This document shows positions 1 to 11,400 of a DNA stretch of 64,000 nucleotides, piece after piece; position 1 is the first letter of the stretch; each line of letters opens with the position of its first letter. A program made the translations under genes and the position numbers. The stretch lies in the IMG/VR virus record IMGVR_UViG_3300042256_000013, positions 224,001 through 288,000 of that record, one strand, 5' to 3'. Source of the DNA: a virus (lineage: Duplodnaviria; Heunggongvirae; Uroviricota; Caudoviricetes). Under the pieces are notes generated by a model. The model saw nothing but the letters and a program-made list of their open reading frames with translations, ran no database searches and was not told the origin of the DNA.

Positions 1-1
1 A

Positions 2-868
2 GTTACTAAAGGACAAAAGATTGGTACTGCAAATGGTGTATTCACCTTTGAAATAAGATTAGGTAGTGCAAACATTTATGGTTGGGGTGGAACAGTTGAT
101 CCTGGTTTATTCTACAGTACTGTAACTGGTAAAGGTGCAGATTGTGCAAATAAAAGTTTAACAGGTGGAAAACCTTCTAACCCTAATCCTAAACCTGCAA
201 CTTCATATTCTGAGAATAGTACAGATTTAGTAGTTATCACAACAGTTGGTAGCATTGGTTCTGGATATTCACAACGTGGTTCATTGCATGTTCCTAAACG
301 AACAAGCACCACTAAACGTAATTCTAATACGTCTGCAAGTGCACCAGCAGAGGATTTGTCAAACATTGATAAAACCGCAATTGGTTGGAAAGTATCTGCA
401 ACTGATTCTAAGTTACTTGAAGAAGTAAAAGAATTTGAAGGTACTATTCAATATCAAACTTCTGTTGGATATTACCGTAGTGGAAGATTCTGGATATATA
501 AAGATAGCTTAGGTTATCCAACAATTGGATATGGACATTTAATAACTGCTGCTGATAATTTCGCTGGTGGTATTGATGAAGCTCAAGCTGATGCATTATT
601 ACAGAAAGATTTAGCTCGTACTGTAAATGATGCGGCATCATTATATGCTCAATATAAGATGCAAACTCCTTATATATGCCAGATAGTACTTACCGAAATG
701 TGTTTCCAAATGGGTAAAGGAAAAGTTGCTAAATTTAAAAATACATTAGCAGCAATGGCAAGTGGTGATTATAGAGGTGCAGCCGCAGGTATTAGAAACT
801 CTGCATGGTATAGACAAACAACTCGTCGTGCTGAAATTATGGCACGTAGAGTCGAGTCCTGTCAATAA
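2..868 (+). CDS. 5'-truncated baseplate hub/tail lysozyme-like protein (degenerate M23-like segment, linker, T4-type lysozyme domain)
   Basis: Frame of ORF 284..868 stays open back to position 2 (VTKGQKIGTANGVFTFEIR...VDP). C-terminal FEG...YKDSLGYPTIGYGHL and SAWYRQTTRRA match GH24/T4 lysozyme motifs. Confidence 0.75.
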   Translation, partial: VTKGQKIGTANGVFTFEIRLGSANIYGWGGTVDPGLFYSTVTGKGADCANKSLTGGKPSNPNPKPATSYSENSTDLVVITTVGSIGSGYSQRGSLHVPKRTSTTKRNSNTSASAPAEDLSNIDKTAIGWKVSATDSKLLEEVKEFEGTIQYQTSVGYYRSGRFWIYKDSLGYPTIGYGHLITAADNFAGGIDEAQADALLQKDLARTVNDAASLYAQYKMQTPYICQIVLTEMCFQMGKGKVAKFKNTLAAMASGDYRGAAAGIRNSAWYRQTTRRAEIMARRVESCQ

Positions 869-871
869 ATA
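865..871 (+). promoter_or_regulatory. T4-like late promoter ATAAATA
   Basis: Motif recurs upstream of + strand structural genes at 1829, 5367, 17825, 23502, 24720, 25782, 31723. Confidence 0.7.
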
Positions 872-900
872 CTTGTACTGATTAATTCAGGAGGTATTAA

Positions 901-1389
901 ATGAGTAATTGGGTATTAACAAGTACAAATTCTAGCCTTTTAAATGATATTAAAAACTTCGAAGGTACAATTGCGTATCAAACTAAAGTTGGATATTATA
1001 AAGATGGTAAGTTTTGGACTTATAAAGATAGCTTAGGCTATCCAACAATTGGGTATGGTCATTTGATTTTATCTGGTGAGAACTTTAAACAAGGTCTTAA
1101 CGAAAGTCAAGCTAATGACCTTCTATCAAAGGATCTCGCATCTACCGTAGCTGATGCTAAATCTCTCTACGAACAATATAACATGAAAGGTGGAATTGAA
1201 CTACAGAAAGTTCTAACTCAAATGGTATTCCAAATGGGTAAAACTAAAGTATCTGCATTCAAAAACACTTTATCTGCTATGGGTCGTGCTGATTATAAAG
1301 CTGCTGCTAAAGGTATGCGTGATTCTGCTTGGTATAAACAAACAACTTCTCGTGCTGAATTGTTAGCACGTATTGTTGAATCGCTATAA
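901..1389 (+). CDS. T4-type lysozyme (GH24), paralog of the upstream domain
   Basis: FEG...YKDSLGYPTIGYGHL, MVFQMG, DSAWYKQTTSRA; RBS AGGAGG; own late-promoter motif at 865. Confidence 0.9.
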   Translation: MSNWVLTSTNSSLLNDIKNFEGTIAYQTKVGYYKDGKFWTYKDSLGYPTIGYGHLILSGENFKQGLNESQANDLLSKDLASTVADAKSLYEQYNMKGGIELQKVLTQMVFQMGKTKVSAFKNTLSAMGRADYKAAAKGMRDSAWYKQTTSRAELLARIVESL

Positions 1390-1399
1390 GGAATAACAG

Positions 1400-1789
1400 A
1401 TGGCAGTTATATTCAAAGGGTTTTCTTCTCCTGTAGTGGGAAAAACCGCAGTACTATATGATGTTGACATTGTTCGTCAAGATTTACTAAATCACTTTAA
1501 CACACGTAAAGGTGAAAGAGTAATGGATGTTGAGTACGGTTTTATTGGTTGGGATTTGCTTTTCGAAATAGATAGACCTGGGAACTCTCAACTTCTTGAA
1601 GCTGATGTTCGTCGTATAGTAGCACTTGATCCTCGATTGCAATTGCTATCTGTAACCGTATCAAGTGTAGAGTACGGTTATCGTATTGACCTATCTCTCT
1701 ATTACGTTCAATTAGAAAGTGTAGAAGATTTAGAATTAGTATTTGATAATCGTTCACAACAAAGAATGGCGTTCGTAAACGCTGCTTAA
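1400..1789 (+). CDS. Baseplate wedge subunit, gp25-like
   Basis: DLLNHFNTRKGERVM...G..DLLFE...DPR motif; position in baseplate cluster. Confidence 0.85.
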   Translation: MAVIFKGFSSPVVGKTAVLYDVDIVRQDLLNHFNTRKGERVMDVEYGFIGWDLLFEIDRPGNSQLLEADVRRIVALDPRLQLLSVTVSSVEYGYRIDLSLYYVQLESVEDLELVFDNRSQQRMAFVNAA

Positions 1790-1796
1790 CTTAATT

Positions 1797-1826
1797 AAAG
1801 GCTGACTTGGTTCAGCCTTTTCTTTT
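1797..1826 (+). terminator. Intrinsic terminator
   Basis: AAAGGCTGA/TCAGCCTTT stem plus T run. Confidence 0.75.
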
Positions 1827-1867
1827 GGATAAATATTTCTATATTATTATATGAGGTGTATATAAAC

Positions 1868-4800
1868 ATGGCACAACAAAAACGACAATCTAATTTGTAT
1901 GCTGCTGAAGACTGGCAACAAGTATATGAGTCATTTGCTCAAATTAACTTGACTGCGTATGACTTCGATACAATTCGTGAAAGTATGGTTAACTATCTTC
2001 GTCTAACATATCCAGATTCTTTCAATGACTGGATTGAAAACGATGAGTTCATTTTTATTCTTGATACAATCGCATTGATTGGTCAGAACTTAGCATTTCG
2101 TATGGACTTGAACAGCCGTGAGAACTTTCTCGATACAGCAGAGCGTAGAGCTTCAGTACTAAAATTAGCTAAGATGATTTCTTATGCACCTAAACGTGCA
2201 TACCCTGGACGTGGAATGGCAAAAGTTATGACCGTTAAAACTAACCAGGATATTAAAAATAGTTTTGGTCAATCACTAAAAAACCAACTTGTACGTTGGA
2301 ATGACCCAAGTGATAATAACTGGTACGAGAATTTTATTCTTGTAATGAACAGTGTTTTAATTGATACAAACCAATTTGGTGATCCAATTAAAAAAGTTAC
2401 AATTAATGGTGTTTCTAACCAACTATATCAAATGAATACTATTCCAATGAGTGCACCAAATATTCCATTCACCGTGAATATTAATGGTGAGTCAATGCCA
2501 TTTGAAGTTGTTAATCCTGATATTACAAGTACTGGTACTGTATCTGAACGTCATCCACAACCACAAGAACAAAAACATATCATCTATAGAAATGATGGTA
2601 ATGGATTTGATTCACCATATACTGGATTCTTCGTATATTTCAAACAAGGTAATTTATCATTTACTGATTTTGAATATGAACAACGCATTGAAAGCCGTGT
2701 TCAAGAATTGAATACAAATAATATTAATGAAATTGATGTATGGGTACAAGAAATTACTGATGATGGTTTAGTCCGTACTAAATGGACACGTGTACCAGCA
2801 ATTGAATCTATTTCTTATAACTCAGTAGACCGTAAACAGAAAAATATTTTCTCAGTAACTACTCGTGATAACGACCAAATTACAATTAAATTCCCTGATG
2901 CTCGTTCAGGTCAAGTTCCTCGTGGATCTTATCGTTTTTGGTACAGAGTTAGTAATGGTGAAACTTATACAATCAAAACAACAGATATTCAAAATAAACC
3001 AATTAAGTACACATATCGTACTAATACACAATCAGAATATGAATCAAGTACGTTAGATATTCAATTTAGTTTACAGTTCCAATCATCACTTGCTCAGTCT
3101 CGTGAAACTATTGAACAAATTAAAGAACGTGCACCACAATTATATTACACTCAGAACCGTTTCGTCAATGGTGAAGATTATAATATTGCACCGTTAATGT
3201 TAGGAAACACCGTACTAAAAGCTAAAGCAATTAACCGTATATACAGTGGACAATCCAGATTTATTGATATTAATGATCCAACTGGTAAGTATCAAAACAC
3301 CGATGTATTCACTGATGATGGTGCAATATACCGCGATACTACTCAGGCAAGTAATTCAGTACTTCTACCATCAACTAAATCTAATACTGCAATAGTTATT
3401 GATAGTATTCAACCGTTGATTGGAGATAACTCTGTTATTCAGTTGTATCAAGATTTTCCATCAAACACCGTTGTTATAAGTAACAACCAGCAATGGACTC
3501 CAGAATTTAACTCAAGTTATTCTTCAAATACTTATGGTAAAATTATGGTAGGGGCAACAGCCGTTGATTATGATATTGGTACAATAATTAATTTCCCATC
3601 TTCAACTGGTGTTGATGTTTGGACTTCAGTTGTTGATAAAACTGATGATGGTTATCTTATTCTTTCTATGCCAATAGATAATAAACAATCAGCATCTGAA
3701 TTTATTAAACCATTCCGTGTTAAATTTTCTAATGTTGAAGTTCAAACAATTGCTGCTGAATTAGATAAGAAAACTGATTTTGTTATGATCTATGACCCTA
3801 ATACATTGACCTGGATTCCGATTGAAGGAACATATACTGGAACTACCGTTACGTATAACAATAATTCATATCCAATTCTTATTAATATTTCTTATACATC
3901 AGAATCTTGGGAATTTGTTAGTAATGGCATTGATTATATATTTGTTGGTGGTGAAAAGGTTCGATTCTACTTTGTTAGTACAGAAAATATCAGTGATATA
4001 AGTACTGGTACTGTTCAATCCGATAAAATTGATATTTTATCGTATAATACTAATTATACAAATAATAATGGATATACAAGTGATGAATCACTTCAAATTA
4101 TTGAAACTGTTAATCAGGAAAATGGATATATTGATGGTTCACGTGTTATAGTAACAAGTTCATCAAGAGATACTAATGGAATTCCATTAAATCCAAATCA
4201 ATTTAGAAATATTGTTCCATCTTTATCTGGAACAAATAAAACTAAGTATGAACAGTGGCTAGTGTTTCATGAAAATACAGATTTCACTATTGATCTAGTT
4301 AATACTGTATCAGATGACTTTACATTACTAGATAGTTCTTGGATATATACATTAACTCAAGCAAATGCTGAAACTATAGCATACAGAAAAGCTTCGTTAA
4401 CTCGTAATGTTCAAATGCGTACTACTTCAGTTGCAGGATTGCTTAATAAGGGTTCTGGCTTTGTTATTGGGTTCGAATTAAATGGTTCAGACTATTTTAT
4501 TGAGCAAACAGTTGGTAATAACAATGATCGTATGAATAATTTCTTATCCAATATGACATTGAGTACTGATACTAATCCAATCACTCCTGAACAAGCATTT
4601 AAACGTGCAATTGACAACATGAGTTCAGATACTGCGAATGAATCTGTAAAACTTGATTATTACGGATACAAAGATGTAAGTACTGATTACTTTATCAAGA
4701 AAGATGCTCGTGTAGACATTAATTATCACTGGAAACATTATGCACCTGATGATAATCGCATTGATCCAAGTAGAACTAACTTGATTGATATGTATGTTTT

Positions 4801-5332
4801 GACCAGTTCTTATAAAGATGAAGTTGATATTTGGCTTAAACAAGATAATGGTTCAGAATTCCCTAAACCACCAACCAGTACTGAACTATCAGAGATGTTT
4901 GCGGATGTTGAAAATAGAATAGTAGTTAGTGATAGTATGATTTGGCACAGTGCAACGTACTTAAAACTCTTTGGTGATACGGCTGATGCTGATTATCGTG
5001 CAGATTTTAAAGTTATTAAGCTACCTAATAGTACTTTGAGTGATGATGAAATTCGTCAGAAGGTAATTTCACTAACAAATGATTTCTTTAGTGTAGATAA
5101 TTGGGATTTCGGTGAAAGCTTCTACTATACTGAACTTGCAACATACATACACATCAACTTAAGTACTGAAATAGCATCAGTTGTTATCGTACCTCAAAAT
5201 CCAAGTTCTAAATTTGGTGAATTGTTTGAGATACCAAGTGCATCTGACCAACTATTCGTTAGTACTGCAACCGTTGATAATGTTATTATCGTTAACTCTC
5301 TTGCGAAAAGTAACATAAACATTGGAAAATAA
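1868..5332 (+). CDS. Baseplate wedge subunit, gp6-like
   Basis: DFDTIRESM, ENFLDTAERRASVLKLAKMISY, ETIEQIKERAP..YYTQNRFVNGEDY; ATG at 1868 follows GAGGTG. Confidence 0.85.
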   Translation: MAQQKRQSNLYAAEDWQQVYESFAQINLTAYDFDTIRESMVNYLRLTYPDSFNDWIENDEFIFILDTIALIGQNLAFRMDLNSRENFLDTAERRASVLKLAKMISYAPKRAYPGRGMAKVMTVKTNQDIKNSFGQSLKNQLVRWNDPSDNNWYENFILVMNSVLIDTNQFGDPIKKVTINGVSNQLYQMNTIPMSAPNIPFTVNINGESMPFEVVNPDITSTGTVSERHPQPQEQKHIIYRNDGNGFDSPYTGFFVYFKQGNLSFTDFEYEQRIESRVQELNTNNINEIDVWVQEITDDGLVRTKWTRVPAIESISYNSVDRKQKNIFSVTTRDNDQITIKFPDARSGQVPRGSYRFWYRVSNGETYTIKTTDIQNKPIKYTYRTNTQSEYESSTLDIQFSLQFQSSLAQSRETIEQIKERAPQLYYTQNRFVNGEDYNIAPLMLGNTVLKAKAINRIYSGQSRFIDINDPTGKYQNTDVFTDDGAIYRDTTQASNSVLLPSTKSNTAIVIDSIQPLIGDNSVIQLYQDFPSNTVVISNNQQWTPEFNSSYSSNTYGKIMVGATAVDYDIGTIINFPSSTGVDVWTSVVDKTDDGYLILSMPIDNKQSASEFIKPFRVKFSNVEVQTIAAELDKKTDFVMIYDPNTLTWIPIEGTYTGTTVTYNNNSYPILINISYTSESWEFVSNGIDYIFVGGEKVRFYFVSTENISDISTGTVQSDKIDILSYNTNYTNNNGYTSDESLQIIETVNQENGYIDGSRVIVTSSSRDTNGIPLNPNQFRNIVPSLSGTNKTKYEQWLVFHENTDFTIDLVNTVSDDFTLLDSSWIYTLTQANAETIAYRKASLTRNVQMRTTSVAGLLNKGSGFVIGFELNGSDYFIEQTVGNNNDRMNNFLSNMTLSTDTNPITPEQAFKRAIDNMSSDTANESVKLDYYGYKDVSTDYFIKKDARVDINYHWKHYAPDDNRIDPSRTNLIDMYVLTSSYKDEVDIWLKQDNGSEFPKPPTSTELSEMFADVENRIVVSDSMIWHSATYLKLFGDTADADYRADFKVIKLPNSTLSDDEIRQKVISLTNDFFSVDNWDFGESFYYTELATYIHINLSTEIASVVIVPQNPSSKFGELFEIPSASDQLFVSTATVDNVIIVNSLAKSNINIGK

Positions 5333-5334
5333 TA

Positions 5335-5358
5335 AAAGGGCATCTTCGGATGCCCTTT
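5335..5358 (+). terminator. Intrinsic terminator
   Basis: AAAGGGCATC-TTCG-GATGCCCTTT. Confidence 0.75.
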
Positions 5359-5410
5359 ATATTGCCATAAATAAAACAAATGAGAAAAAGAATTTTTATT
5401 GGAGAATAAA

Positions 5411-8400
5411 ATGGCGAACGAATTTAAATTTCAAGCTTCTAAAGTAGCTGAAGCAGTGAATCAAAAATTGTTCATTAAAAGATTACCAGAATGGATGCAA
5501 GGTCTAGAACAAATTCAAATGTTCTGCGACGATATTATCCAACAATGGTTTAATCCAGCAGATGAAGAAATCGTAGACGGTTATATCGGTGATCGCGGTA
5601 CACCTGCGGCTGCTGGAAAGATCTTCCTTAATGAATTAGACCTTCAACGTCAAGATTATCAGTTCAGTCCTGCATATGTATCCAGAAATGATGATACGAG
5701 TGTTCGTTCTCTTCAATTTTACCCTGATTTAGTAGGTTATTTGGAGCATTACGGTGCATTAACTGAGAATCAAGCACGTCTCTTAAGTGGGAAGTACTAT
5801 TCGTGGACGCCACCAATTAACCCAAACAAATTACAAAACTTTAGTTCCTATTTGTGGGATACAGAGAACGAATATGGTATTTCTCCAGACTATATCGTGA
5901 TGGAACGTGGTGCTTTAAACGGAAACACATGGTCATTACAGAACTTCTGGTATACTATTGGTCAAACTCTTCCAGATGGTACTATTGTAACTGAACAAAT
6001 GGCACAAGGAACACGTTTTAGTCGTGCTCAAGCTCCAATTATTGAATTTAACAAGAATATTGAACTAATCAACTACGGTACTAAGTATCGTGGTGAAGTT
6101 GATTATCTTTCTGATTCAATTAAGCCTGAAGATATCGTACAAAAGAACGTTAGTAACAACGTTCGTGTTGATGGATATATTCTACAAGCTGGTGATCGTA
6201 TTCTATTCACAAGTATTGGTAATTCTGGTGAAAATAACCGTATCTATAAAGTTTATATTAAACAAATGGCTGATGGTTCACGTGTTTATGGTCTTGTTCT
6301 TGATGAAGATGAAGAAACTATTGAACGCCCAACCGGAGAACCACTTGTAGGTGATGTAATTCTTGTTCGTAGTGGTAATACCTATGGAAATACCGCTGTT
6401 TATTGGAATGGTCGTGAATGGACAGAAGCACAAGCTAAAACGGGTACTAATGTATTCCCAATATTCCAATTATATGATAAAAATGGCATCAAACTGGATA
6501 ATAGTACTGTTTATCCTAATAGTACCTTTGCTGGTTCAAACTTATTCGGCCTAAAAATCAATTACAACTATGGAATGGATAAGATTTATCAAAAACATGT
6601 TGAATTGAGTGACTATAACTACTATATTTTTGAGAATTTCCTACAAACTATCCGTTATACATATTCAAAAGCTGGTGCATTAACAGAAATCCCTGGATTA
6701 TACTTCTATAATGTTATTTCTGTAGATTCAAATGGTGAAACTGTTCAAAACCTACATTCAGATTGGGTTCGTAGTACTGAAGAATCAAAACAAACTGTTC
6801 GTCAGGTTCCTGAAGTAACTAAATCATCAATGTATCGTGTTTTTAACACTGTTACAGAAATGACTTTGTTCAAAAATCCAGTAGAAAATATGTACGCATA
6901 TGTTATTGAGAATGATAATACCTATAAGTACTTTAAACCAGACAATAGTACGTTTATGAAATGGAATTTCATTACTGATGTTGCTATTCAATCTGATATG
7001 TACAAAACTACATATGAACTTGCTCAAAAAATTGATCCTAACAATACCGAAGAAACAATTGAAGTGTTCTTTAATGGTACAAAAACTTTTGATTATACAA
7101 CTAAGCTAACGTCAACTGGTTTAATTGACAGTATAGTCTTTAACAGTACTACAACTATTGTTGAAGATAGTATTATTGAAATTGTAACTTATAGTCCAAC
7201 TAAAGTTCCTGATTTAGAACTAGGTTCATATCAGATACCAATTAACTTACAGAATAATCCATACAATGATTTTGTTGATTATATTCATCAAGGTGAATAC
7301 ACTCCACATTTCTTAGATATTATTGGTAAAAATATCACAACTGGATCTGTAAATGACTTAAACAACTATGAAATTCGTTTAGAAGCTGGTCTGGTAGACA
7401 ACTCTGTTGGTACTAAAATTATTCAAAACGAAACATCTCTACTACCGTTGATGCTTCATAGTGCAAATGAAAACTTGGACTTGTTCAGTGCTATTATTTT
7501 CACTCAGTACGAATATTTCCGTTTCAAAAATAAATTTAACACTCAGATGATGAAGATGTATACAAATGATCCTGCTTCATTTATGTCTGAGAGTGCTTCT
7601 AACATTGTGGATATGATCTTCTCTGCTATAAACGTAGGTAAAGATAATTCATTTCCATTCTCGTTAGATAATGTAGGTTCTAATACTACAACTAATAAAA
7701 CATTTATACCACCTACTCCACAATTTTTGGGTATCCTTAAAGCGTATACACCAGAAAAAGCTACATACGTACACGTAGGTAGTTCAATTGGTTGCTATAA
7801 TATTGACCATATGGGTGTAATTAGCAAAGCGTACCGAGTAATTAACGGTGTAGATTTAATGGATGATGTTATATATGAATTAGAGAATCGTATTTTCTCA
7901 AGCATTGATAATACATTTAAGGCTATTGATTTCGTTCCAGCAATGGATTCTGAATTCTTGAAACCAACACCTTACTTTGAAAACACTGCATATAGTTCAG
8001 ATGAATATAATTCTCTTGAACTTCGCGGTTATGTGAACTTCATTGCAACTCAAGGTATTGATAACAGTACTCATAGCTATGACCAATCTAACTGGATGAC
8101 TTGGAACTACACCGGAACAACTTATGTTGTTGCCGGGCAACCAACTGACATTCCAGCACGTGGATCATGGAGAGCAATATATACTGACATGTTCGGAACA
8201 TATCGTCCAGCAACCCATCCGTGGGAAATGTTCGGATTTGCACAACGTCCAGACTGGTTTAACCAAGAATACGAACCAACTAAAGTTCGTTTAGGTACTT
8301 CAAGTTCAGAATATGTATATGTATATACCGCATACGTTACTGATGAACAAGGTGATTTAGTTCCAAGTGGACTATGGGATACAACTTCTGGTCAAGGTGA

Positions 8401-11400
8401 TGCAAGTACTGGTACAATCCTTCATGGTAAACGTGCTGGACAGTATAACCAATACAAACGCTTTGGTACACAACCATTTGAATTAGTTAGTACTGGCACA
8501 TTTGCAACTGATGGTGAAGAAATTTTTGAACTTAATCTAATTTCACCTGATGTTTTAGGTCTTGTTAGTGGTTCTCTATCACACATCAGCGAACCTTGGG
8601 CTTATGGTGATATGGGTGAGATGGAATTCACTTATATGAATACCGTAATGTATGCATACGATAAAGTCATGGCACTCCTACGTGCTAAGCCTGGCCAGTT
8701 TGCTAATTACTTCTATGATACAAAGGGAAGTACTGTTCAACAAATTACAAGTGATGGTTATCAATTCTTGTACGGTGATACTAATAAACGTTTGAACTTT
8801 AATTCCAGTACTGTTGTGCATGGAGAAAATAATCAACGTATTCTTGGTTATCAAACTTGGGTAAGTGATTATTTGACTTACCAAAATAAAAATATAACTA
8901 CTAACTATGGTGATGTTCTTCGTTCTTCATATATAAATGTTGGACATAGAATTGGTGGATATACTAAACAAGATCAACTAACATTTAGTTCTGATTCATT
9001 TGGTTTAGTATCTCAAGAAAACCAACACATCGGATTAGTAAAAAGTTCTGCATTCCGTGATGAAGCATTAAGTGCTGTTAAAATTCAATGGACAGGTTCT
9101 GGTTATTCAATTAGTGGTTATGACCTTGTAGGTGCTAAATTAAATTATAAACTACCAAATAAAACTGGTCGTCGTGTATCAGTTACCGTTGGTAAACGTT
9201 CTGTTGTTCATTATAACGAATATCTTGAACAATATGGTTCATATGAATATGGAACCTTACTTAAAACTTTCCAAGAAGTTTATACCTTCTTGTGTGGTTA
9301 TGGTGAATATCTTGAAGATAGAGGATGGATTTTTGAAGATGTTGATGCTGATGGTGTCACTCAAGATTGGTCTGTAATCGGTAAAGATTTTATTTCATGG
9401 AGTGCAACTGCCCCAGCAGTTGGTGAATTTATTTCCGTATCACCAAGTACTAAAAATGCTAAATTCGGTACTGCATTTGGTTCAGTTCAATCAGTAACAC
9501 AATTTAATGGTGGAGTATGGTCATTACTTGATGATGAAAATAGTGGTATTCGTCCATTCGAAATTGATACATCACGTATCGGTAATGTTTTCAGTGTTCG
9601 AATTGAAGATGATATTGATAAGCGTATGGCATTAATTCGTGTTAGTGTTGTTTCATATGAACATGCAGTAATTTTCGATGATAAAACTATTTTTGGTAAC
9701 AACATTTATATGCCTAAGTATGGTGTAATCCATGAAATGCTTAAAATGTATGGTTACATCACTGGTTCATGGAATGGTCGTTTAGAAGCTCCTGGATTCA
9801 TAATCCTCGAAGCTGGAACAATGCCTGATTTTGAAAAATTAGTTGATGATTTCAGAAGTTATTACGATACAGATCACCCTGTAGACAATGTTACACTACG
9901 TAATCTTGCTCGTCACTTGATTGGTTTCCAAACTCGTGATTATATTTCTCAAATGATTACAAGTGATACTTCACAAATTGATTTCTATAAAGGATTCATT
10001 CGTGATAAAGGTACTAATCAAGTATTTGAACGTGTACTTCGTGTATCTAAGTCATACAACACTGATAATTATAAAGCATTGCAAGAATGGGCATTTAAAA
10101 TTGGTGAATATGGTAACATTTATGGTAAAAAACATCTTCAGTTCCAACTAATAAACAATGAATTTGCACAAGAGCCTCAAATGTTTACATTTGATTCTGA
10201 TGTAAGTACTGATAGTACTGAAAATAATATTGTATATTATGGAACACAAGGTGAAGATTCTCGTTGGATCACTCGTCCAAATGGATCATTCTCATTCCCT
10301 GTACGTACAGGAAGAAGTGAACGTATTCATTTGCCAGACATTGGACCAGTAACTCTTGATGAAGTATCTTATAGTACTCGTGATTTTACTACTGCATATG
10401 CAGATCGTCTATCCTTTATTTCCAACACTGATAAAACACCTACTTCGGTATGGGTATTCCGTGATATGGATAATAATTGGAACATTTATGAGTTAGAAAA
10501 TACTGGAATCACTCTTTCTTCTATCACACCAATTGGTGAAGATAGTTATACCGGAAATCATTGTACTTTACAATTAAGTGCAGCACATGGTATGGAAGAT
10601 GGAGACTATTTCTTCTTCGTAGATGAATCTGAATATATGCCTGATTTGCTAAAAGCTGAAACTCAGTACTTTACAACTGGTTCAGACCCAACAAGTTTTG
10701 TAATACCATTAGATGTAACAAATACTATCAACTTCTCTGATAATAATCCAGTACTATACCGTTATATTAATCGTTTTAGTACGGCTGCTGATAAAACAGC
10801 ATATATTACTAAGAAATATTCATATGAAGCACCTGAAAGTACTTTATTTGTTCGTCCAACAACATACAATGATGAAACTAACGTAACTGAATTGTACATG
10901 AACGTATATGACCCAATCAATGGTGTTATTCCAGGTAGTATCATGACAGACATTACTTATGTAAGTCCAGTAGATCCTGCTAAGTATAACAGTGAAGATG
11001 AAACAATACAAGCATGGGGTTCAGAAAAAGTTGGTCTAGTGTGGTGGAACACAACTAATGCATTCTTCATGGACTATACCCGTCCAATTTATGCTGCTGA
11101 TGGTACAGTAGATGAAGAAGCAACTAATAGCTATAAACGTTACAATTGGGGTAAACTATTACCTAATTCTGAAATTAATGTTTTAGAATGGGTTTCTTCA
11201 CCATATCCTCCGTATGAATGGGATAAGTATTGTGAACGTCAAGCTAAGTTGAATAAAGATAATACATCTTGGATTCCAAGTGGTGAAGCTATCGATGATT
11301 TCTTCTCAGTATTCCAAGAATATGATGAAAGTACTAATGCATATAAGACTGTTTACTATTTTTGGGTTAAAAACGCAATCTACGTTCCTAAAGTTAAGAA

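Noticed and set aside
284-868. Listed 194-aa ORF as a complete gene
   Set aside because: Frame is open to the window edge and the TTG has no RBS; it is the 3' end of a longer gene.
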